DNA from: Promethearchaeum syntrophicum
GTDB taxonomy: Archaea > Asgardarchaeota > Lokiarchaeia > Sigyniarchaeales > Promethearchaeaceae
Assembly: GCF_008000775.2 (NCBI RefSeq)
Contig: NZ_CP042905.2
Location: 1,260,001-1,292,000 of the forward strand
DNA length: 32,000 nucleotides
Reading direction: 5' to 3'
A program made the position numbers and the translations under genes. The notes beneath the pieces were generated by a model, which saw nothing but the letters and a program-made list of their open reading frames with translations, had not been told where the DNA came from and ran no database searches. How positions within the stretch are numbered: the stretch's first letter is position 1; every line of letters begins with the position of its first letter. Shown here piece after piece: positions 9,304 to 18,257 of this stretch.

Positions 9304-12300
9304 ATTTCTGGTTCATCCTCATCAATTAATTCTTTTATTAATTCTTTTAATTCGGAATTAGGTATTTTAATTGCAGCTTTAAAAAAATCATCTTTTTCTT
9401 CTTCTGTTGCAAGTTGAATTTCTTTAGATTTCTCATGTTGAAGTTTAATCTGCTTTTTAGCTTCATCAAAATCTTTTAAAATAATAACATCACATTTTTT
9501 ACATTTGTGGTTAATATCATCACCATCAAAATAGCTCCACTTTTTGCATACATAACATTGTCGTGCGACGTATAGAGTGTCTGTATTACAATTAGGACAA
9601 TAAATTTCACATTCTTCCGATATAAACAATTTTTTACATTTTTTACAATAAAGTTTAATGGGTTGCTGTTTTTCCCATTCTTTATCCGTTTCCTTAACAA
9701 TTAATCTTGCTTCTTGAAGTAAAGTACTTTCGTGCACTTTTTGTTGCGTAAGTCTTGCAAAAATTGATGGTTCTCTAATATAATCTCCAGTTGCTAATAA
9801 TTTTCGAATCTTCATTTCTCTAATGGAAAGACTTATAGCTGAAACAATTATTGCTGCTCCTAAAGCATAAAGAAAAATCAATAATGGAATTGAGAGTGAT
9901 TTATCCACACTAACCAAAATTTCCTCCATATTACCATTTCCCCAAATATCTTTAGCGCTACAAACGATTTTTATTATATCTCCATTTTTATAATTTGTAG
10001 TATCAAGAAAATAAATAATCGTGTCATTTTCTATTGAATATTCTACTTGTATGTCATTTATCCAAAGATCCACGCGAATCCAATCAATTTCTTCATTATC
10101 TGATATTTTAATTGTAATATTGAATTTTCCTTTTACTACATCATTGTTTCTTAAATTTTGAAATTCGATAACTGGCTTAGTATAATCACGTGAATGGTCA
10201 ATATCTACGGTTAAACTTGAAATTATCCAGCCAGAATTTTTTAATTGGATTCCGACATCATCAGAAATAAAGTTAAATTTGAAAATTACATTTTCTCCAC
10301 GATAATCGGAAATATCTATTGAAATGGATTTTGGATATGTTCCCTCAGTTTCTTGTTCAAATTTCTCTAATAGTTCCCACGAATCTCCTAAGTTGGTAGA
10401 AATAAAAATTTGACCGAAATCTCCTTCTTCTTCTCCATCAATATCAAATCTCAGTCGATGTGTAAAATTTAGATAGATATTTCGAGTTTCATTTAGAAAT
10501 ATAACGGGTGTTATCATACTACTATTTAAATTCATACCATAGCCTTGATAATCTCCAATTCCACAATAAAATTCACCTTCTTCAACAATTCCCAAATTTG
10601 ATACTTGGTGCCACATAAAACTTGAATCACTTGATGGGATCCATAATGTGGGGCTTCTAAGAGTTGCTGATGATTCCAATATTAACATTTCATTAATACT
10701 TAAATTTCTGGTTAGGGGAAATTCCAAGGTTGTCCCGCTTGTGAAATTGAAAAGTGGTTGCCAAGGTGTACTATTGTAGAATGTACCGTCAAAGGTGTTA
10801 AACCTAAAACTTCTATTAACAATATCTAAGATTGGAAGAGTATATGTGAAAATTATCTCTTTAGAATAATCTTCATTAGAATCCTTTTTTGGATTCCATC
10901 TTCCGTATTGATTTATCATCGAATAATTTTTATCACCTATTTCTAAGTAAACATTATTTGGCATATTACCATCCTCGTCGGTATAAGCTACTTTGAATGT
11001 AAAAGGTTCCATTTCGGTATTCGATGAAGAATAATATGGTTGAATTTCTTCAGGATCAGAAAGATGGTGGTATTGAGATAAAACTGGTGCAAAATTATTG
11101 GTGTTATCAGCTTCTTCAAAGGATACATAATCGACCATGATCCCCCCATAATAATCCTCTGGTAAATCATCAAAATCTACCTGTATCCGTATTCTAGTAT
11201 AACTTTGAATGTATTCTGAAAGATTATATTCTACTAAGAACCATTCATTTTGTGTATTTGAAAATGTTTCTAACGTTTCCCATTGATTTGAACGATTTGC
11301 ATTAACTTGGATTTGTACATTATCTCCTTCATTAATTCCAATTCTGATACCTAGTTTTATTATTGGATTAATGGCAATACTTTCATTTAGATAGATATAG
11401 GGGCTAATAAGATTATAAGTTCCAGTTATATTATAGTAAGAATAAAATGGCTTTCCATCTGTTTCAAGTAAATGATGTTGATCCCCTGTCTTTCCAGTAA
11501 TACCACAATACATTGAGTACGAATTTTCATCAATTTCTAAAGTTCGTCTATCTTCCAGTGTGTAGGGGACTTCGATCCAATCCCAACCTGAAAAAACCTC
11601 GATTTCATCATTTTGATATGTAAAATTCATCATTTCTGGAGAAAATTCCCATAAATCTCGTTCATTGGAATTTGAAAAGCTTGAGTTAATACCCGTCGAA
11701 CTCCACTCAACTAAATTTTTAATAGAACTAATAATGGTTGAGTTTACTATTGGATCTATATAGTCAAAGTAAAAGTTTCCTGTCTGGACAGTAAAATTCA
11801 AAGAATATATTCCTGATAGTTTGAATTTATATTCACCTGAATATATGCATCCATCCGTAAAGTTACTATCAAAGAAATCAGGAGTTAATGTAATATTTTC
11901 AGATGTAGCATTTGTATGAAGATTGATAAATGACGCTGGCATATTTTCTGGGTGTGAATAGTTTATACTGAAAGTAAAGATATCTAAAGTATCGTTAAAA
12001 TCGAAATTTGAATTTGGCGAAATAGATGCATTTAATAAATTAGGGGGTTGGGTTATTTTTTGCTTAGAAACGTTAAGAGTTATGTTTCCTTGCCCATTTA
12101 TTGCTTTTGCTACTAAATAAAAACTCTGGGTCTCGTTTAGGTTTGTATAATAAAAATTTTCATCAAAATATCCTATTTGAGGATTTGATGCAACAAGAAT
12201 TGGTTCCCCGTTTTCATCTGGTTCACTAGCATAAAGATATAAATCTGTATCAAATGTAGAGAAGAAAGTTTCATTAAAAGTCATATTAAAGAGATACATT

Positions 12301-14255
12301 TCATTTTTTTCAAGCGTAATATTTGTTGCATAAACATGTTCTCCAATAGAATTCTCTGTAGATGCGATTAAAGGGATTTCTATTGAACTATTGATTTCAA
12401 ACGTATTATTTAACAAATCAAAAACAGCTTTTGGATTAATCCTTCCATATCCTTCATGAATGTCAGAGCCTCCTCTATTTAATATTGGGGAATTCAAACT
12501 CTCATCATATGGTGTATTGGGATTATCTTCACGTTGCATGTTAGTTTCTGTGGCAGTTAATAGAAGCAATGATTTTATAAATAAGGCGTCTTTACCCGAA
12601 GATTTATCTAAATTATCCCACCCACCTAATGCTTCTACTACTAAGTTGTATACTCCTGCTACGATAGCAACTGAAACTGAAGTGCCAGTAATGCAAGTTA
12701 GATCATTATCTATTAACTCTGAATCTCCATAAAAAGGATCATAATCATTAGTATCTGCGGTTATAACCATATTATTTTCTGTTAGTAAGCTACCTCCAGG
12801 AGCTAGAAGATCTGGGGCAATTGTTTGGTCATCTTCTAAAAGGTTACCTTGGTTTGAATAATATGTGAGTTGATCTTGGTTGTTTACAGCTCCCATAATT
12901 ATTGCTTTTTTGTTCATGGCTATTTTGTTAATTTCTGTGCTTATTCCCATATTTCCTGCTGCAATAATGACCATTGTGCCATTATTTATTATTTTGTCAA
13001 TCAATGATGAAATATTTTTTGCCAGATTATTGTCCATATTGAAATTTGCAAGACTTAACACTGTAGCTACTACATGAAGCTTGGATCCATTATTTATAAT
13101 CCATTCTAAAGCACTAATCAAATTTGATGAATATCCCAATCCTGTTTCATTCAATATTTTCAAAGATGCTATTTTTGTATTAGGAGCGATACCTGTAAAA
13201 TTAGCAAATGGTCGAGATTCATTTTTTGGTGAAAAGGTTATGTTTAAAAACATATTAAATTCTGGATTTACTCCAAATGGTATATTATAGGTAAAAAATA
13301 CATCGTATTTGCCTGTTTTATTTATAATTTCAGTAGAATTCCAACTTAAATCTAGTATTTGATCATCACTACTATTAATTAATTCTCCATCACGATATAG
13401 TTCAGAATGAAAATTATCAAATCGATATGTCTCATTTATTTTACCTTTTATATCAATCCAGTCTAAAGCATCAGAATCCAAATCAAAAGAAGCAAGCTTA
13501 AATTTATACCATCCTGGTGTTATATGATGTGGATAAAACAATTCTCCATGAGAATAATTACCACCAACCGTTATATAGTATGTAGATCCCGTATGGGTTG
13601 GTTCTAATGAAGTGTCTCCGCCACCCAAAGAAATTGATGTGATTGCTGTACCGTGTCCATTAATATCATCATATTCTTGTGATCCATTGATATAATTCTC
13701 CCATGCAACTATATTACTTTGATTAATCAGTGAATGAGAATCATCAATTCCACTATCTAAGAAAGCTATCGTTGAATTTAGATCTCCTAAATATCCATAT
13801 CCTGAACTATCTATAACCGCTGGATATGTATTGATCTGCTCATGAATTGAATTCATTTGAGCTTCTATAACATTATCTTGGAAAGTCTTAGGGTTATATT
13901 GATCAATAAATGCACCTAAATTCTCCTCTGAATTATTTATAATTCCACTGAATCCATTTAGATATTCCCAAGGACCACTAGTTAAAACTCCTCCTAAAGT
14001 AGAGCTGAAAAAACTAAATAATGTCGCATTATCAATTAAATTTATGGAAGAATTAAAAAGAAATATATATCGATGTGATTGGTTATCATAAGAAGGGATA
14101 TATTGATTGTATGGTGTTTCAATGCTTTGATCTAAATAATTACCATTTTTTGTTAATCCTTGTTGAAAATTGAAATATTCTGGTAAGTAAACAAATTGGA
14201 GAATAAAAATTCCTAAAAAGAAAAGGGCTAAGGATTTCCGTGTATGTTTCATCAT
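9300..14255 (-). CDS. Giant (1651 aa) cell-surface subtilisin-like serine protease (S8) with I9-like propeptide, multiple beta-sandwich modules, C-terminal TM anchor and cytoplasmic zinc-ribbon tail
   Basis: N-terminal signal-like helix (SLALFFLGIFILQFVYL). Catalytic blocks AFLDSGID, NGHGTAI, IAAGNMG and GTSVSVAIVAG. Sequon-rich ectodomain with a single C-terminal TM. The start overlaps the upstream stop (ATGA at 14252-14255). Confidence 0.85.
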   Translation of the reverse strand: MMKHTRKSLALFFLGIFILQFVYLPEYFNFQQGLTKNGNYLDQSIETPYNQYIPSYDNQSHRYIFLFNSSINLIDNATLFSFFSSTLGGVLTSGPWEYLNGFSGIINNSEENLGAFIDQYNPKTFQDNVIEAQMNSIHEQINTYPAVIDSSGYGYLGDLNSTIAFLDSGIDDSHSLINQSNIVAWENYINGSQEYDDINGHGTAITSISLGGGDTSLEPTHTGSTYYITVGGNYSHGELFYPHHITPGWYKFKLASFDLDSDALDWIDIKGKINETYRFDNFHSELYRDGELINSSDDQILDLSWNSTEIINKTGKYDVFFTYNIPFGVNPEFNMFLNITFSPKNESRPFANFTGIAPNTKIASLKILNETGLGYSSNLISALEWIINNGSKLHVVATVLSLANFNMDNNLAKNISSLIDKIINNGTMVIIAAGNMGISTEINKIAMNKKAIIMGAVNNQDQLTYYSNQGNLLEDDQTIAPDLLAPGGSLLTENNMVITADTNDYDPFYGDSELIDNDLTCITGTSVSVAIVAGVYNLVVEALGGWDNLDKSSGKDALFIKSLLLLTATETNMQREDNPNTPYDESLNSPILNRGGSDIHEGYGRINPKAVFDLLNNTFEINSSIEIPLIASTENSIGEHVYATNITLEKNEMYLFNMTFNETFFSTFDTDLYLYASEPDENGEPILVASNPQIGYFDENFYYTNLNETQSFYLVAKAINGQGNITLNVSKQKITQPPNLLNASISPNSNFDFNDTLDIFTFSINYSHPENMPASFINLHTNATSENITLTPDFFDSNFTDGCIYSGEYKFKLSGIYSLNFTVQTGNFYFDYIDPIVNSTIISSIKNLVEWSSTGINSSFSNSNERDLWEFSPEMMNFTYQNDEIEVFSGWDWIEVPYTLEDRRTLEIDENSYSMYCGITGKTGDQHHLLETDGKPFYSYYNITGTYNLISPYIYLNESIAINPIIKLGIRIGINEGDNVQIQVNANRSNQWETLETFSNTQNEWFLVEYNLSEYIQSYTRIRIQVDFDDLPEDYYGGIMVDYVSFEEADNTNNFAPVLSQYHHLSDPEEIQPYYSSSNTEMEPFTFKVAYTDEDGNMPNNVYLEIGDKNYSMINQYGRWNPKKDSNEDYSKEIIFTYTLPILDIVNRSFRFNTFDGTFYNSTPWQPLFNFTSGTTLEFPLTRNLSINEMLILESSATLRSPTLWIPSSDSSFMWHQVSNLGIVEEGEFYCGIGDYQGYGMNLNSSMITPVIFLNETRNIYLNFTHRLRFDIDGEEEGDFGQIFISTNLGDSWELLEKFEQETEGTYPKSISIDISDYRGENVIFKFNFISDDVGIQLKNSGWIISSLTVDIDHSRDYTKPVIEFQNLRNNDVVKGKFNITIKISDNEEIDWIRVDLWINDIQVEYSIENDTIIYFLDTTNYKNGDIIKIVCSAKDIWGNGNMEEILVSVDKSLSIPLLIFLYALGAAIIVSAISLSIREMKIRKLLATGDYIREPSIFARLTQQKVHESTLLQEARLIVKETDKEWEKQQPIKLYCKKCKKLFISEECEIYCPNCNTDTLYVARQCYVCKKWSYFDGDDINHKCKKCDVIILKDFDEAKKQIKLQHEKSKEIQLATEEEKDDFFKAAIKIPNSELKELIKELIDEDEPEI
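9492..9647 (-). other. Predicted cytoplasmic double zinc-ribbon (four CxxC pairs) in the tail of the S8 protein
   Basis: Residues ~1537-1588: CKKCKKLFISEECEIYCPNCNTDTLYVARQCYVCKKWSYFDGDDINHKCKKC. Lies C-terminal to the TM helix and a basic REMKIRK stretch. Confidence 0.7.
9822..9893 (-). other. C-terminal transmembrane anchor of the S8 protein
   Basis: SIPLLIFLYALGAAIIVSAISLSI followed by REMKIRK (positive-inside). Confidence 0.7.
12456..13808 (-). other. Peptidase S8 catalytic domain (D167/H201/N435/S526) with a large insertion after the His block
   Basis: Codons checked on the DNA: D167 = 13755-13757 (gat), H201 = 13653-13655 (cac), S526 = 12678-12680 (tca). Confidence 0.75.
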
Positions 14256-17200
14256 AAATCGACCTCCTTTTTCAATTTCTCAACTTGTTCTTCTAAAAAT
14301 TCATTCAAATTCTTTTTATGCCATGAAATTTCCTTGAGTGTTGTTCCAAACATCAAAGCATCTCGCCGATCAAATTCTGCATCTTCTCTAGAATACTTAG
14401 TTTTGTATTTTTTAGTAACAATTATCAGTGCAATTCCTGCAATCAGCGGGATATATATCCTCGAAGTAAGTACCAAATATTTTTCTCTGATTTTAAAATC
14501 AATAGGGTCATTTCTAATTGTATATTTATATTTGAAAAAATAATCTATCTCAGCAGGTGCCATTTTATAAATTCCTTTAGTATTTAAAGTTTTAAGGGTA
14601 TAATTGAATGAAAATTGATCACCTGGGGCAAGAAAATTTACATCTTTGATTAATGTTCCATTCGCTAGTATAAAACCGCTGGCATCATACGAAATATCAA
14701 AAATAGTGAAATTTCCAAGTTCTATATTTCCATTATTTTCAATGATAATATTTACATTAAATTCGGTTCTAGTATTTGTATCAATAGTTTCAAAGATTTT
14801 TGTAATTGTTAAATTAAAATACCCTAAAACAAGGGGTTCTTTACAAGTTTGAAATATTAATGAGCAATTATCTAAAGTGGATTTGATTGTTAATTGAGGA
14901 ATCATATACCCCATAAAATTAGTTTTCGTAAAATTAATTTCGAAAATATTAGAGGATAATGGCTGTAATTCATCAATCCATATAAATTCGCTATTATTGT
15001 GAGGGGATATTCCTTCAGATGATTGATGTATAGGGATAGATATATCAAATATCGAATTTTTTCCTAAATTTGTTATTTTTGCATTAACTGAGAAATCCTC
15101 TCCCACTTTAGGGGCAGCAATAGCAAAATCCGATATGAATTCAATCAATACATTATGTTTATAAGGTGTATCTTTCTCAGTTTGATAATAAATTGGAGCT
15201 GATAAATAAATTTGGTTACTTTCTGCAATATAATATTTTTGAGAGTAGTTAGAATGCGAATTATCTTTCCATTCAATGGTAGCCATAGGAAGAAGTCTAC
15301 TATTTGGGGCATAAAATTGAAAAGAGATATTTTTCACAACTTCTCCAGGTAATATTTCATAAATTTCATAAAACAATATCCCATTTTTAAGAGTAAAATT
15401 TCCCCCCTTTGCTGTAAATCTGGTTTTATTTTCATAATCTTGGTATGAGCTAACATTTAATAAGTTGTAAAGAATTCCGGGTTGTTCCATTTCAATCGTA
15501 ATATTATTTGCTTTTTGATTCCCTAAATTAGTGACTGATAAATTATAATGGAGTATTTCTCCACAATAACTCTGAGAATGATCAATTACTGCAATTCCTG
15601 ATAAATGAGCTCCGTCATCAATTCCTATCGATATACTATTCGAACTACTTGAATATTGGTTATTTCCGATCTCGGTTGAATATGTAACGCGAGCTGGTGC
15701 CATTATTATACGATCGTTCATAATATCTTGGAAATTTAACTGTATGAAATCAAAATCAATTTCAAAATTATTTTCGTTTTCACTGGTAATCCTAAAAATG
15801 ATAGAGAAGTTATTTGTAAAATCGTAGTAATGAGATAAATTATAATCTATGCTAGAAATTGTTAAATTTAAGGAATCTGGTGTTTGAGGTATAGAGTTTC
15901 CTAAAATAGTTATAAAACCATCATCATCTTCTCCACTAGTATCTATTGTATAATCAAAAATTTCGATATTATATGATGTGTCATTATCCCATTTCGTAAA
16001 ATTCATCTGTAAATTAAAAGAATCTAAAGTGTTATTTTCCAAATCAATATGACTAGAATTTTGAAATGTAAGATATTGTTGAATTTGATGTGAATTTCCC
16101 ATATCTTCTGATTCAATATTCCAAGTTTTGGAATCGTTAATAAAATATGTACCAGAGATATCAGAATTACTTAACACGTTTCCAATTGATACAACGGGTG
16201 AAAAATTCCCAAGATCTGCAACAGTTAGGTTATAGAATTTATTATATCTCTCGGTTACATTATAATCATTATTTAATTGAATAGAGAAATTTTTTCCGGG
16301 ATCTATTTTCCAATTATTGGGGTTATATATGCTTTGAGAAGAATTAAAAATTTGTGGATTATCTGCAATAGTACCATAAGCTTCTGCATTGTTGATTAGT
16401 AATTGAGTAAAATCTGGACTATATGGTATTAAAAACTCTAAGCTTTCCACTGTTAAATCAAATTGTGGATAAAAAAAATCTATTGTTCCTGTATCATTTG
16501 AATCAATATTGAAAAACCGCGGGTTATCATCATGGAATATTTCATCAATATCATATCCTAGAGTAGTTGTAATTTCAACAATTCTTTCAGAATCATATCC
16601 CATTATTTCAAAAATATCCATGTTTAGGTCTAAAAGCGTTATTTCTTGAGTAGGATCATTAGATATGCCCAAAGCTGTTAGATTTATTTCTTGTCCCCAT
16701 ATTGTTTGTTCTCCTCTATTTTCTACTATAATTTCAACATCAGGATTATTATTGTCTTCTAAAATGCGTGAGGCATTGCCGTTATTGATTTTTTTTGTAA
16801 TAAATAGTGATGGCTCATCTTCAATCAATTGATACTCACATGCTAAATTTTTCAGGGGTTTTATATAAGCACTTGGGATATTCATTCCGATTTCTGATGG
16901 ACCTAAAATTGCTAAGAGATTAATAAAATCAGATTCATTTCTTAAATTTTGAGGAATAGTTACTAATGTCGATAACGCCTCATTTGATTCCCAAGCAATC
17001 TTAAAGGAATAATCTTTTATGCTGGAAAGATCAAAGCTTTGGTCGACTAGAAATAACATACTTTCAATTCTATTAGTATAATTTTCATCAATTTCAAAGT
17101 GATTGGGGGTACATTCTAATACTTCCGCAGAAAAAAATCCTAAATTTATTGTACTTAAAGAAATTCCATCAAATGAATTATATATCTTCTCAGAAACATG

Positions 17201-18226
17201 CAATTCTGGTTTTGAATAATTAAGTGCTTTAAATAAATCAAAATTATATTTCTGGTCACCAATTTCTGTAATTCCTTCTTCATTACCTTCATAGTGAACC
17301 GAATAAATCAAAACATTTTCTAAGTCTTCCAAATAGGTTAATTCTTCATTTGAATTTTCAGATTGATTCGAGTTATCAGTTCCTAAAAAATCATTTAAGA
17401 AATTTGATTCAGTACCACTCATAGATTCTGGATTTAATAGATTTAATCCTCCCAAACTTGATAAATCAAAATCTAATGGAATTTTTATATCATTATATTT
17501 ATCCAGATACGTATTCAAATAATTAAAATTCTTCATAAATATCAAAGAACTACTTAGATGATGGTTTGTTGAATAATAATCCGAAGATAGCATATCGGGA
17601 TTAAATGCGCCCCAATATCCGTCAAGTGGTAAATTTGAAATAGTGGTGTCAAAATAAGCTTCCCATTTTGGTGTAAATCCAAAAAATGGATAAAAATAAC
17701 CTAAATTGGGATCTTCTCTCTCATTAGAAAGAATAAAATCCATTTCAAATATATTTTTAAAGATATTAATTGCCCGTTCTTTTCTCATTTGGATTTGATT
17801 ATAATTTGATATATTGTTATAGAATAAGAATCCAGTCATTGCCTGATAAGTTGTATTTATTATAGTTAGATTGTTACTAGTATATATAGATGGATCCATT
17901 TCTGCTTTAATTCCGTTTGAAACTTGGATCATAAATGAACTTCCAAAAAAAGCAGGATCTGAAAGATCTAACTCTTCAAAAATATTCGTATCATTAGTAA
18001 TGTACGATTGCTGAATTAAACTATGATTACCCGCAACTTGAACTAATATTTGTTCTCCATACAATTCATTTCCAGATATATCTGAAGATTTAGGAAGGGG
18101 ATTAGAAAAACCATAGACAGTTTCTTCCAAAATATCCTCAGTTCTTCCTATATTTAAAGGGACGATATTTTGAAATAATATTAATAAAATAAAAACCTTG
18201 AGAAGGATTTTCTTTTTTATTTTCAT
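14252..18226 (-). CDS. Giant (1324 aa) secreted, C-terminally membrane-anchored surface protein with CARDB/DUF11-like beta-sandwich repeats
   Basis: Signal peptide MKIKKKILLKVFILLILFQNIVPLNIG. Four occurrences of the 'xxNxGxxxxxNxxI' strand pattern typical of CARDB/DUF11 modules (VENRGEQTIWGQEINL; VTNLGNQKANNITIEM; ITNLGKNSIFDISIPI; IENNGNIELGNFTIFD). C-terminal TM (IYIPLIAGIALIIVT, about 14414-14476) plus a ~50-aa charged tail. Very sequon-rich. Confidence 0.75.
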   Translation of the reverse strand: MKIKKKILLKVFILLILFQNIVPLNIGRTEDILEETVYGFSNPLPKSSDISGNELYGEQILVQVAGNHSLIQQSYITNDTNIFEELDLSDPAFFGSSFMIQVSNGIKAEMDPSIYTSNNLTIINTTYQAMTGFLFYNNISNYNQIQMRKERAINIFKNIFEMDFILSNEREDPNLGYFYPFFGFTPKWEAYFDTTISNLPLDGYWGAFNPDMLSSDYYSTNHHLSSSLIFMKNFNYLNTYLDKYNDIKIPLDFDLSSLGGLNLLNPESMSGTESNFLNDFLGTDNSNQSENSNEELTYLEDLENVLIYSVHYEGNEEGITEIGDQKYNFDLFKALNYSKPELHVSEKIYNSFDGISLSTINLGFFSAEVLECTPNHFEIDENYTNRIESMLFLVDQSFDLSSIKDYSFKIAWESNEALSTLVTIPQNLRNESDFINLLAILGPSEIGMNIPSAYIKPLKNLACEYQLIEDEPSLFITKKINNGNASRILEDNNNPDVEIIVENRGEQTIWGQEINLTALGISNDPTQEITLLDLNMDIFEIMGYDSERIVEITTTLGYDIDEIFHDDNPRFFNIDSNDTGTIDFFYPQFDLTVESLEFLIPYSPDFTQLLINNAEAYGTIADNPQIFNSSQSIYNPNNWKIDPGKNFSIQLNNDYNVTERYNKFYNLTVADLGNFSPVVSIGNVLSNSDISGTYFINDSKTWNIESEDMGNSHQIQQYLTFQNSSHIDLENNTLDSFNLQMNFTKWDNDTSYNIEIFDYTIDTSGEDDDGFITILGNSIPQTPDSLNLTISSIDYNLSHYYDFTNNFSIIFRITSENENNFEIDFDFIQLNFQDIMNDRIIMAPARVTYSTEIGNNQYSSSSNSISIGIDDGAHLSGIAVIDHSQSYCGEILHYNLSVTNLGNQKANNITIEMEQPGILYNLLNVSSYQDYENKTRFTAKGGNFTLKNGILFYEIYEILPGEVVKNISFQFYAPNSRLLPMATIEWKDNSHSNYSQKYYIAESNQIYLSAPIYYQTEKDTPYKHNVLIEFISDFAIAAPKVGEDFSVNAKITNLGKNSIFDISIPIHQSSEGISPHNNSEFIWIDELQPLSSNIFEINFTKTNFMGYMIPQLTIKSTLDNCSLIFQTCKEPLVLGYFNLTITKIFETIDTNTRTEFNVNIIIENNGNIELGNFTIFDISYDASGFILANGTLIKDVNFLAPGDQFSFNYTLKTLNTKGIYKMAPAEIDYFFKYKYTIRNDPIDFKIREKYLVLTSRIYIPLIAGIALIIVTKKYKTKYSREDAEFDRRDALMFGTTLKEISWHKKNLNEFLEEQVEKLKKEVDL

Positions 18227-18257
18227 TGATTTTTAACTTCCAATCTTTTAACTTAGT

